Shown in pieces: positions 17,256 through 26,246 of a DNA stretch of 64,000 nt. The notes below the pieces were generated by a model, which saw only the letters and a list, made by a program, of their open reading frames with translations, had not been told where the DNA came from and made no database searches. Position numbers and translations under genes: made by a program. The stretch's first letter is position 1. Every line of letters begins with the position of its first letter. The stretch spans positions 69,937 to 133,936 of the forward strand of contig CAVPIE010000014.1 of assembly GCA_963704865.1 (NCBI GenBank). Direction: 5' to 3'. This DNA comes from an uncultured delta proteobacterium. Its GTDB lineage: Bacteria; Myxococcota_A; Polyangia; Polyangiales; Houyiibacteriaceae.

Positions 17256-18422
17256 ATGAACATGACCCGACCGATGTTGCGCTTCGTTGCTCAGTTCCTC
17301 CTCTCGCTGTGCTTCCTGATCACGAGCTGCGGCGGTGATGGCTGCGGCGCCGGAGGCTGCAGCGGCCCCGGCGGGCCGACCGACATCGATTTGGAGGTGG
17401 ACGACTTCATCGTCGGCCTCGAAAAGCCCTGGGACATCGCCTGGCTTCCCAACGGGACTGTCTTGGTGACCGAGCGGCCCGGCCGTCTGCATGTCTACGT
17501 CGATGGCGTCGGCGCCGCGCCCTTCGTCGTGGCACCAGACGACGTCGTGCCGCGGGGCGAAGGCGGCATGATGGGGCTCGAGGTCGACCCGGACTTCGCC
17601 AACAACGGCTACGTCTACGTTTGCACCACGTCAAACGCGGGCGGCGACAACGATGTTCGATTGCTGCGGCTCACATTGCGCACCCCCGACGGAGGCGCCG
17701 TGCTTGCGCGCGAGGACATCGTGACGGGGATGCCCTACAGCACGGGACGGCACAGTGGATGTCGGCCGCGCTTCGGGCCGGATGGTTTTCTGTGGATCGG
17801 CACTGGCGATGCGGCAATTGGGACGAACCCGCAAGATGACGACTCCCTTGGCGGAAAAGTGCTCCGCGTCGATCGGGAAGGTGCAGCCGCTCCCGACAAC
17901 GCTGGCGGGTTTCGATGGTACTCGAACGGGCATCGCAACATCCAAGGGATGGCATTTCGATCCGACGGAATCGGGATGTCGGCTGAGCACGGTCCGTCGA
18001 TTGACGACGAAATCAATCGGCTCGTCGCTGGCAACTTCGGCTGGGATCCGGTGCCAGGGTACAACGAGTCGGTGCCGATGACCGATCTAGAGAAGTTCCG
18101 AGCTGCGGTGCCCGCGGTCTGGTCGAGCGGCTCGCCCACCCTCGCGCTGGCGGGGGCGACGTTCCTCGAAGGCAGTGCCTGGGGCAACTGGGCTGGGGCC
18201 CTCGCGGTGGCCACTTTGAAGGCCGAGCACCTGCACATCTACTTCGTCGACGCCGAGGGCGAGGTGACCGGCGAAGAACGCGCCATCGATGACCAAGGCC
18301 GCCTCCGCACACCCCGGCAGGGCCCGGACGGCTTACTCTACATTACCAACGACGGCGGGAGCGGTGATGGCAAAGTCCTGCGCGTGAAACCGGTACCTGC
18401 GGCAAGCTCTGACGCACCGTGA
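17256..18422 (+). CDS. PQQ-dependent sugar dehydrogenase (soluble glucose/sorbosone dehydrogenase family) lipoprotein
   Basis: C-terminal 388 aa of ORF 15834..18422, starting at MNMTRPMLRF..LITSCGG (lipobox). GSDH motifs KPWDIAWLPNGTVLVTERPGRL, GGMMGLEVDPDF, GGKVLRV, NGHRNIQGMAF. Confidence 0.85.
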   Translation: MNMTRPMLRFVAQFLLSLCFLITSCGGDGCGAGGCSGPGGPTDIDLEVDDFIVGLEKPWDIAWLPNGTVLVTERPGRLHVYVDGVGAAPFVVAPDDVVPRGEGGMMGLEVDPDFANNGYVYVCTTSNAGGDNDVRLLRLTLRTPDGGAVLAREDIVTGMPYSTGRHSGCRPRFGPDGFLWIGTGDAAIGTNPQDDDSLGGKVLRVDREGAAAPDNAGGFRWYSNGHRNIQGMAFRSDGIGMSAEHGPSIDDEINRLVAGNFGWDPVPGYNESVPMTDLEKFRAAVPAVWSSGSPTLALAGATFLEGSAWGNWAGALAVATLKAEHLHIYFVDAEGEVTGEERAIDDQGRLRTPRQGPDGLLYITNDGGSGDGKVLRVKPVPAASSDAP

Positions 18423-19312
18423 GCGACGCCTACTACGCAATCGTCAACCGAACGGCGGCTGGCGGACGGTGCGCAAAAGCCGCACCGGAGGCCCTCGATG
18501 CATTGGAGCATCGCGGACTGTCGCTGAAGGTCGCGTTTACCGAGGAGCCGAAGCACGCGACTGAGCTCGCAAGGCGCGCAGCCAGTAACGGTTGTCGGCG
18601 TTTTCTTTCGGTCGGCGGTGATGGAACTGCCGCCGAGGTCGTCAACGGACTCATCGCCTCCGGCGTTGCTGGCGAATGCGCGCTGGCCATGCTTCCGCTC
18701 GGAACGGGCAACTCCTTTTTGCGCGACTTCGGTATCGCCGACCTTCAAGTCGCCGCCGATGCGATCGTTCGAGGCAAGAGCACCCCCATCGACGTGCTCC
18801 GCCTGACGCACGAAGACGGCGTCCTGCATTTCATCAATACGATGGGGACCGGTTTCGTCGCGCGCGCCGGCGAGCTCACCAACGAGCGCTTCAAATTTCT
18901 CGGTGCAGCGGGGTATGTTGCTGCAGTCCTGGTTTGCGTCGTGCGGCTCCGGTACGAAGAGAACACGCTTCGCTATGCGGGCGCGACCGATGAGGCGCGC
19001 ACGGTCCTCAGCTCGTTCTCCAACAGCCAGTACACGGGTGGTTCGATGCGGATGGCGCCGGATGCTCGAGTCGCCGACGGCCTGCTCGACGTCGTTCGGG
19101 CCGGGCCGCTCCGCAGAGCTGCCCTCGTGAGCGCGTTCGCCCGCATCTTTTCGGGAACGCACACCGATCTCGATCAGGTCTGGACGCGGCAAGTCGACCG
19201 GGTGGAATTCGTGAACCCCGCATTTCAAGCCGTGCTGATCGACGGCGACCTCTACCACCTGACGCCCCTTGCGATCGATGTCCTTCCTTCGGCAATCCAG
19301 CTCATCGCATGA
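18419..19312 (+). CDS. diacylglycerol-kinase-family lipid kinase (YegS/BmrU-like)
   Basis: GTG start overlaps the upstream stop (GTGA). GGDGT motif (SVGGDGTAAEVVNGL). LPLGTGNSF. Confidence 0.85.
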   Translation: MSDAYYAIVNRTAAGGRCAKAAPEALDALEHRGLSLKVAFTEEPKHATELARRAASNGCRRFLSVGGDGTAAEVVNGLIASGVAGECALAMLPLGTGNSFLRDFGIADLQVAADAIVRGKSTPIDVLRLTHEDGVLHFINTMGTGFVARAGELTNERFKFLGAAGYVAAVLVCVVRLRYEENTLRYAGATDEARTVLSSFSNSQYTGGSMRMAPDARVADGLLDVVRAGPLRRAALVSAFARIFSGTHTDLDQVWTRQVDRVEFVNPAFQAVLIDGDLYHLTPLAIDVLPSAIQLIA

Positions 19313-20055
19313 CGGAGACCACGACAGCTCGGGATCGAATCGTGAGCCTGTTCATCTGGGTTTTCGCCGGCGGCTTCCTGGTGCTGAGCCTGTCATTTTT
19401 GACGATCCTCTACCAGTTCGTGAAGCCGGACCGCGTTCAGCCCCTCGAACGCCTCTACTGCAAGCTCCAACTCGCACTCACGTTCAACCGGCAGCGCCAC
19501 GACGTGCATCCCGACGTCGACCCCGGCACCGCGTACATTTTCATTCAGAATCACAGCAGCCATCTCGATCACGTCGCGATGTACACGTCTACACCGCATT
19601 TCAAACAAGGCATCGAGCTCGAGAGCCACTTCGACTACCCCTTCTACGGCTGGTTCATGAAGGCGCGCGGAACCATTCCTGTTCCCAAGGATCGAGCAGG
19701 CGCACTCGACGCGCTCCGCGAGGCGGTTCATACCGAAGTCGATGCCGGGCATTCGATCCTCGGCTTTCCGGAGGGACACCGAACCAAGACCGGTCACGTG
19801 GGCCCCTTTTACGACGGCCTGTTTCGAATCGCGATCGAGCTCGGCGTGCCCATCGTGCCCGTCGCGGTGACAGGCCTTTTCGAAGTGCTTCACAAGGGCT
19901 CGCTCGTCATTCGCGCCGGCAACGAAATCAGCGTTTGCGTAGAAGAGCCGATTGCCACCGAAGGTCTCACCGAGCAGGACATCGCGAGCCTACGGGACCG
20001 AGTGCGGGACGCGATTGCAAGCAGGGTCGACGCGCATTTGGAGGCGCTCGCTTGA
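19309..20055 (+). CDS. plsC: 1-acyl-sn-glycerol-3-phosphate acyltransferase family (PlsC-like)
   Basis: ATGA overlap with the lipid kinase gene. HxxxxD box (NHSSHLDH) and FPEGHRT box. Confidence 0.85.
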   Translation: MTETTTARDRIVSLFIWVFAGGFLVLSLSFLTILYQFVKPDRVQPLERLYCKLQLALTFNRQRHDVHPDVDPGTAYIFIQNHSSHLDHVAMYTSTPHFKQGIELESHFDYPFYGWFMKARGTIPVPKDRAGALDALREAVHTEVDAGHSILGFPEGHRTKTGHVGPFYDGLFRIAIELGVPIVPVAVTGLFEVLHKGSLVIRAGNEISVCVEEPIATEGLTEQDIASLRDRVRDAIASRVDAHLEALA

Positions 20056-20065
20056 GCCAGCCGAC

Positions 20066-21145
20066 CTATTCGGCCGCGGCCGCTTCGACCGCCTGAAGCA
20101 AGCTCTTTGGAAAGACGCGCCCCGTCATTCGGTCCCGCACTTTTTTGGCAGCTGCGTCCCACTCGGCCTTGTACTGGCTCGTATCGGTCGCAGTGATCCC
20201 CTTGGTGAGGACGACATCGTAGGCCTTCTGGTCGTCGCGGCGAATCGTCTTGCTGAGCAAGACCTCAACGCGCTCGCAGGTCCGCAAGAACGTTGCCTTG
20301 AGGTCCGCCGGAAGCGCGTTGACCTTCTCTTTACGCATCACCATGCCACCCGCGATGATCGCCGAGTTGTGAGCCGTCATGTACTTGACGCGCGTGTACC
20401 ACTGAAGTGCAACCGCCGTGAGCGCGGAAGACGTCACCACGTCGACCATCTTGGTCTGAAGCCCGGGGTACACTTCGTTTACGCCCAGTCGAACGCCATT
20501 GGCTCCGATCACGTCGTAGAACTCGATGAAAACCAGGTCGTCTTTCCACATCCATGGTCGCATCGACTTGATGTCCGAGGGCTTTTCGATCGCCTTTTGT
20601 GAAAAGAGCCGCGTCTTTCCCGCGTCTCCCCAGGCCAACATCATGAAGCCTTCGTCGTCGAAGAGCTTCTCGAAGTCCGCGGCCATCTTGGTTCGCACTC
20701 GGTCCAGCTTCTCGTAGGTATCGAGGAAGTTCGGCAGGACCAAGATCACCATTGGCCTCACAAGCATGCTCATTCCGGTCATCGTGACGACGCCGCCGTC
20801 GAGCTGCCCCACGCGCATCTTTCGAACGAAGTCACGCTCATCGCCTTGCGCGCCGCCCGGGTAGAAACGCAGCTTCAACCGACCTTCCGTCTCGCTTTCG
20901 AGAGTCTTCTTCCAGGCGTTGAGGACCTTCATCCACGACGAGCCGGCAGGCGCGAGGGAGGCAATACGGAAGGTGACGGCCTCTTCGGCGCGACTGCTCG
21001 GGACGCTACCTGGCAACCCCACGAGGACGACCGCCAGAAGTACGACAAACGCGAAACCTCGGTTCACGGAACGGCATATACCCGGACCTGGCCGCCCGCG
21101 TCCAGCGTGGGGTGCACCAGGCTGTCCGCCGCGCCCTTCTTGCAC
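20066..21145 (-). CDS. TRAP-type periplasmic solute-binding protein (DctP family), orphan
   Basis: DctP-like sequence throughout. The true start is probably the GTG at 21067 (VNRGFAFVVLLAVVLVG signal peptide). No dctQ/dctM adjacent. Confidence 0.8.
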   Translation of the reverse strand: MQEGRGGQPGAPHAGRGRPGPGICRSVNRGFAFVVLLAVVLVGLPGSVPSSRAEEAVTFRIASLAPAGSSWMKVLNAWKKTLESETEGRLKLRFYPGGAQGDERDFVRKMRVGQLDGGVVTMTGMSMLVRPMVILVLPNFLDTYEKLDRVRTKMAADFEKLFDDEGFMMLAWGDAGKTRLFSQKAIEKPSDIKSMRPWMWKDDLVFIEFYDVIGANGVRLGVNEVYPGLQTKMVDVVTSSALTAVALQWYTRVKYMTAHNSAIIAGGMVMRKEKVNALPADLKATFLRTCERVEVLLSKTIRRDDQKAYDVVLTKGITATDTSQYKAEWDAAAKKVRDRMTGRVFPKSLLQAVEAAAAE

Positions 21146-21193
21146 GCCCCGAACTTTGACGGAATACTCTACCGTCTAGGGGGTTGAGAGGCT

Positions 21194-21577
21194 GTGATGG
21201 TCACGGAACCGGTGCTGGATTGGAGCGTTGCGAGGTGTCGGCCAGGCCGGCGCATTGCGCTATCCGCGCTCCTTCTGGTGTCTGTGCTGGGTTTCTCTCC
21301 CCGTGCGGAGGGCGATCTCACGGCAGATCGGAGCGCCGAGGCGAAGCCCTCGGCAGCCCCATCTCACGCGCACCCGGGCTCTGCCGTGGTGCGCTTCGCC
21401 GCAAGCGTCGACGAGCTCATCGACCCGGTCGAGGATGACCACCTTGGCTCCGAGCCCCTAGCCGCGCCATCTTTCGAGGCTCCCGAATCTCCTGCGAGCT
21501 ATGGCTGCCTCTCAGCCCCGCTCGACAGCCAATCGCTAGTTTCGTCGAATCCGGCTCGCGGTCCGCCTTCCAGCTGA
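21194..21577 (+). CDS. small hypothetical secreted protein
   Basis: Signal-like segment (RIALSALLLVSVLGFSPRAEG) and mostly G/C at third codon positions. No recognisable domain. Weak call. Confidence 0.35.
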   Translation: MMVTEPVLDWSVARCRPGRRIALSALLLVSVLGFSPRAEGDLTADRSAEAKPSAAPSHAHPGSAVVRFAASVDELIDPVEDDHLGSEPLAAPSFEAPESPASYGCLSAPLDSQSLVSSNPARGPPSS

Positions 21578-21666
21578 CGAAGCCCCCGAGGGTTTCGTCT
21601 CCCGTGTGTGTGATTGCCCCAGATCTCCGGGGCAACGTTGTGTTCTGAGCACGAAGGCGGATTGTC

Positions 21667-23268
21667 ATGTCGAATGTTGTATCGAAGGAAGGGCCACGCA
21701 GCCCGTTCCCAGTTGCCGATTTGAAGGCAGGTTTCTTAGTTTTCCTGATCGCCCTTCCCCTCTCCCTGGGGATCGCGATGGCCAGTGGATTCCCCCCGAT
21801 CGCGGGCGTTCTGACCGCGATCATCGGAGGGGTCATCGTCACGTTTCTCGGTAGCGCACGCCTGACGATCAAGGGGCCCGCGGCCGGACTCATCGTCATC
21901 GCATTGGGGGCGGTACAAGAGCTTGGGGGAGGAGATCCGATGCTCGGCTACCGTCGAGCCCTAGCGGTCGGGACGGTCGCCGCAGGCGTGCAAATTGCGT
22001 TCGCCCTCCTTGGCGCCGCCTCGATCGGCGTAGCGATGTCTCCCTCTGTGGTCCACGGCATGTTGGCCGCCATCGGTGTGATCATCATCTCGAAGCAAGT
22101 GCACACCCTGTTGGGCGTAGCGCCGGAGGCCAAGGAACCATTGGAGTTGCTCGCCGAAATTCCGAAGAGCATCGCGCATGCCAATCCCGAGATACTGATC
22201 CTTGGTGCTCTCTCGCTACTCATCCTTTTTGGATGGCCTCTGATTCGGACGCGATGGGCAAAAGCCATCCCGGCTCCGGTGCTGGTCCTCGCGGTGGCAG
22301 TGCCACTGAGCTTGTGGCTCAATTTGGACCACTCGCACGCCTATCAGTTTCTATCGCACCAGTTCCACGTTGGGCCGGAGTTCCTGGTGCAACTACCGGG
22401 CTCGCTCCTCGACGCGTTCGTATTCCCGGATTTTTCGATGGTGTTCAGTGCCGCGTCCCTGAAATACGTAGTGATGTTCGCCCTGGTCGGAACGATCGAG
22501 TCGACCTTGAGCGTGCTCGCAGTCGACTCGATGGACCCGGAGAAGCGCCCGTCGAATCTGAATCGTGATCTCCTGGCTCTTTCTTTGGGGAACCTCTGTT
22601 CGTCTCTGGTCGGCGGGCTTCCGATGATTTCCGAGATCGTTCGAAGCAAAGCGAACGTCGATGCTGGCGCGCAGTCCCGATGGGCGAACTTTTTTCATGG
22701 CGCATTTCTGCTGACATTCGTCGCTCTGGCTCCCGGCTTGCTGCACGAAATTCCGCTCGCGGCCTTGGCGGCAATGCTGGTCTACACCGGCGCACGACTC
22801 GCATCACCCCGTGAGCTGTGGCACGTCAAACAGATCGGTCTGGATCAGCTCGCCCTCTTCGTCACTACACTCATCATCACTCTCGCGACCGACCTTCTAA
22901 TTGGCGTCGCAGCCGGCCTCGTGCTCAAGGTCATTTTGCACCGCGTCCGCGGGGCGACTTTCAGCCAGATCTTCCGTGCGCGCGTCGAGAAGAGTCAGCA
23001 AGGCTCCGAATTGCGCTTGACGCTGCACGGTGCAGCGGCTTTCACGAGCCTCATCTCGGTCAGGAAGTCCCTCGCGGATCTCGATCCTTCCTGCCGGAAA
23101 GTGGTGATCGATGTGAGCGACGCCGCGATCGTTGACCATACGTTCTTGAGTCGCCTCGAGGGTCTATCCAACGAGTGGCCGAATGTGGAATTGGAGGTGG
23201 TGGGGATCGAGGCACTGACGCCGCATTCGCCGCATCCGCACTCAACCCGTCGAAGGACCGCTTCATGA
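21667..23268 (+). CDS. SulP-family anion transporter with C-terminal STAS domain (sulfate/bicarbonate permease type)
   Basis: Typical SulP N-terminus (DLKAGFLVFLIALPLSLGIAMASGFPPIAGVLTAIIGG), about 10-12 TM helices, STAS-like tail (ELRLTLHGAAAFTSLISVRKSL..VVIDVSDAAIVDHTFL). The stop overlaps the dabA ATG. Confidence 0.9.
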   Translation: MSNVVSKEGPRSPFPVADLKAGFLVFLIALPLSLGIAMASGFPPIAGVLTAIIGGVIVTFLGSARLTIKGPAAGLIVIALGAVQELGGGDPMLGYRRALAVGTVAAGVQIAFALLGAASIGVAMSPSVVHGMLAAIGVIIISKQVHTLLGVAPEAKEPLELLAEIPKSIAHANPEILILGALSLLILFGWPLIRTRWAKAIPAPVLVLAVAVPLSLWLNLDHSHAYQFLSHQFHVGPEFLVQLPGSLLDAFVFPDFSMVFSAASLKYVVMFALVGTIESTLSVLAVDSMDPEKRPSNLNRDLLALSLGNLCSSLVGGLPMISEIVRSKANVDAGAQSRWANFFHGAFLLTFVALAPGLLHEIPLAALAAMLVYTGARLASPRELWHVKQIGLDQLALFVTTLIITLATDLLIGVAAGLVLKVILHRVRGATFSQIFRARVEKSQQGSELRLTLHGAAAFTSLISVRKSLADLDPSCRKVVIDVSDAAIVDHTFLSRLEGLSNEWPNVELEVVGIEALTPHSPHPHSTRRRTAS

Positions 23269-26246
23269 CCTCCGTTGCAAGCGAGTCTCTCAGCCTGTCC
23301 AGCTCGAAATCGACTGCGAACGCGACGCTTGGTGAGCTGCTCGACCACGCAGCGGACCTGCTTCCTCAGCAGTCTCCGCTGCATATGTTCGTTCATCACA
23401 ACACCTTGCATGCCTTTGAGCACCTTCACTTCGAAGAAGCCGTCGTCGAGGCCGCTGCGCGCTTCGGTACCGAGCCTTACCAGTCCGAAGCAGCCTTCGA
23501 CGAGTGCATCGAGTCGGCGAGAATTCGTTCGGCCGACATTGAAAACGTAGTCAACGCGTCCATCGAGGACTCAGGAGGCCCTGTGATAGCCGGAGGGCCG
23601 ACGCGACGGGAGATGCGGGCCATACGTCTGAGCAATCTCTTCGAGATCCCACAGGGTCCTGCGCTCAACTGGATGCTCGAAGAGACGGGGACGCTGTTTC
23701 GCTTCCACCGTCGCGTGCCGGAGTCGGCCCGGGCTGCGATCCTACAGTCCGCCGAGCGTGTCTCCCTCGGCGGGAACTCCAGCACGCCAGAGGCGCGTGA
23801 AGAGCAGGCCCTCGAGCAGATCTGGAGGGAGCTGCTCGCCGTCGCTCCGACCTCCCCCCGCGCCCGCACCGGCATCAGGCGGCGCGACCAGATCCTCGAA
23901 GTCTGCGGCATTGATACCGATCACTTCGTCCACCCCCTTCTGATTCGTGTCTGCGCCGCTTTCGTCGATCAGGGGATCGCGTATTGGGAGATGCCGGGAC
24001 GAGATGCGGGTTTGCTCGAAGTCTTCCGCTCTCTCTACGGAATCGGGTCGGGTCCTTCCGATCGCTGGATGGAAGGGCTTTCAAAGCAGCTGAGACTCCA
24101 GCAAAGCGAGCGATGGGACGCAGACCGGACGGTGCGCTGGGCACTGGAAGAGCTCGATGTCCCCCACGCGCAATGGGCTGGGTACATCGAAGAGACCCTG
24201 TTGTCGCTTCCAGGTTGGGCGGGCATGATTCGGCAGCTGGAGCTGCGTCCCGACACGGCGCCCGTCGACCCTCCCCGCGCCCGACTCCTCGACTACCTCG
24301 CGCTGCAGCTCAGCCTCGACCTGCACGCCGCTCGCTTCGTCATTCGAACACGGGCTGGTGGGCCGGACGCGTTCGCTGAGATGCTATCGCTTCGGACGGA
24401 CGCCAAACGAGAGAGCGACCTCGATCTCGAGCTCGTCTACGAAGGCTTCATCACGGCCCAGCTCGCCGGACTCGGGCCGGCGGAGCTTGGAGGACGGGAA
24501 GCAGCGAAGCGCTGGCTCGAAGAGGTCGGCGGATTCGATTCGAACGAACGGCGCCGGCTCTTGCACCTCGCGTATGAAAGAAGGCACCGCATCGGGGTGC
24601 TCGACGGAATCGTGGGTCACTGCCGATTCAAACGCAGGCAAGCGGCACAACCTCGCTTTCAAGCCGTATTCTGTATCGACGATCGCGAGGAGTCGCTTCG
24701 CAGGCACCTCGAAGAGATTCGGCCGGACGTCGAGACCTTCGGATACGCGGGCTTCTTTGGCATCGCGATGGCGTATCAGGGCATCGAGGACATTCGTCCG
24801 AGGCCGCTATGCCCTGTGGCCGTTCTCCCAAGCCACTACGTCAGGGAACGCGCCCTCGACGAGGGCGAAGCTGCCGTGTTTGCCGAGAAGCGTCGCAGAC
24901 GAGGACAAATGACTCACTCGATCGGACTCGGAAGCAGAATGCTGACCCGCGGCGGGGTCCTCTCTGCCTTGTTCGGATTCTTGGCGATCATCCCACTTCT
25001 TGGGAGGAGCCTGTTTCCTCGCGCCACGGAGCGTCTAGCGCACAGGATCTCGCACAGGACAGCACCCATGCCTCCGACGCGCTTGTGCCTCGAACGCGCT
25101 CCAGGCGAGCGACCCGACGGGCTCGCGTTGGGCTACACGATCGATGAAATGGCGGATGTCGTGTCCGGAGCACTTACGACGATGGGGATGGCGGGACAGT
25201 TGTCGTCGCTGGTCCTGATCGTCGGGCATGGCTCCTCGAGTCTCAACAACCCTCACGAAGCGGCACACGACTGCGGTGCGACGGGTGGGGGACGCGGGGG
25301 CCCCAACGCGCGTGCCTTCGCTGAGATGGCCAATGAACCACGGGTTCGAGAACGGCTTCGAAGCAGAGGACTCGTCATCCCTGATTCGACCTGGTTCGTC
25401 GGCGCATATCACAACACCTGCGACGACTCGATGACGTACTACGAAGAAGATCGGGTCCCGGCAGAGTCGCTGGAGGCGCTGGCGGACGCGAAGCGCGCGT
25501 TTGCAGACGCCTGCCGACTTGATGCGCACGAGCGCTGTCGCCGTTTCGAGTCAGCGCCCCTGGGTCTGGATCCCGAGGCAGCGCTGGCACACGCCGAGGC
25601 GCACGCCTACGATCTCGCGCAGCCAAGGCCCGAGTATGGGCATGCAACCAACGCCGTTTGCATCGTGGGCCGCCGAGCACGGACACGTGGGTTGTTTCTA
25701 GATCGGCGGGCCTTTCTCGTGTCGTATGATCCCGAGAGCGACTCGACCGGGGCGATTCTGGCTCAGCTCCTTCGCTCGGTTGGACCGGTCGGCGCCGGGA
25801 TCAACCTGGAATATTACTTCAGCTTCGTCGATCCCACGGGCTACGGTTGCGGGACCAAGCTTCCCCACAACATCGTCGGGCTCGTCGGTGTGATGGATGG
25901 GCACGCATCGGACTTGAGAACGGGTCTTCCTTGGCAAATGGTGGAGATCCACGAGCCGGTTCGGCTACTCACGATTGTCGAGGCGGAAACCGAGGAGTTG
26001 GTGCGCATTCTCGAACGCGACTCGGCACTTGCGAACTTGGTGAACAACGAGTGGATCCAACTGGTCGCTTGGGACCCAAGAAGCGACGCCTTGGCGGTCT
26101 ACGAGAATCGGCGATTTCAGCCGTATGTTCCGGAAAATCCCGCCATCGCCGTAGTTGGCCGTTCCGTCGACTTCTACTCCGGCCGGCGAGGGCATTTGAG
26201 CCCGGCCCACGTCAAGGCCGGGTTGCTCGAATACGGTGCGGCATGA
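23265..26246 (+). CDS. dabA: DabA (DUF2309/PF10070) beta-carbonic-anhydrase-like subunit of a DAB inorganic-carbon pump
   Basis: ORF trimmed to MTSVASES (ATG 23265, ATGA overlap with sulP). DUF2309 hallmark SPLHMFVHHNTLHAFE. CxDxR-type site FCIDDRE and GHGSSSLNNPHEAAHDCGATGG. Confidence 0.85.
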   Translation: MTSVASESLSLSSSKSTANATLGELLDHAADLLPQQSPLHMFVHHNTLHAFEHLHFEEAVVEAAARFGTEPYQSEAAFDECIESARIRSADIENVVNASIEDSGGPVIAGGPTRREMRAIRLSNLFEIPQGPALNWMLEETGTLFRFHRRVPESARAAILQSAERVSLGGNSSTPEAREEQALEQIWRELLAVAPTSPRARTGIRRRDQILEVCGIDTDHFVHPLLIRVCAAFVDQGIAYWEMPGRDAGLLEVFRSLYGIGSGPSDRWMEGLSKQLRLQQSERWDADRTVRWALEELDVPHAQWAGYIEETLLSLPGWAGMIRQLELRPDTAPVDPPRARLLDYLALQLSLDLHAARFVIRTRAGGPDAFAEMLSLRTDAKRESDLDLELVYEGFITAQLAGLGPAELGGREAAKRWLEEVGGFDSNERRRLLHLAYERRHRIGVLDGIVGHCRFKRRQAAQPRFQAVFCIDDREESLRRHLEEIRPDVETFGYAGFFGIAMAYQGIEDIRPRPLCPVAVLPSHYVRERALDEGEAAVFAEKRRRRGQMTHSIGLGSRMLTRGGVLSALFGFLAIIPLLGRSLFPRATERLAHRISHRTAPMPPTRLCLERAPGERPDGLALGYTIDEMADVVSGALTTMGMAGQLSSLVLIVGHGSSSLNNPHEAAHDCGATGGGRGGPNARAFAEMANEPRVRERLRSRGLVIPDSTWFVGAYHNTCDDSMTYYEEDRVPAESLEALADAKRAFADACRLDAHERCRRFESAPLGLDPEAALAHAEAHAYDLAQPRPEYGHATNAVCIVGRRARTRGLFLDRRAFLVSYDPESDSTGAILAQLLRSVGPVGAGINLEYYFSFVDPTGYGCGTKLPHNIVGLVGVMDGHASDLRTGLPWQMVEIHEPVRLLTIVEAETEELVRILERDSALANLVNNEWIQLVAWDPRSDALAVYENRRFQPYVPENPAIAVVGRSVDFYSGRRGHLSPAHVKAGLLEYGAA

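Noticed and set aside
15834-18422. 862-aa ORF in the track, apparently one very large gene
   Set aside because: Only the last 388 aa (from MNMTRP, 17256) look like a real protein, the PQQ sugar dehydrogenase. The upstream part is Arg/Ala/Ser-rich and out of frame over the well-supported RCC1-repeat gene. This is typical open-frame read-through in high-GC DNA.
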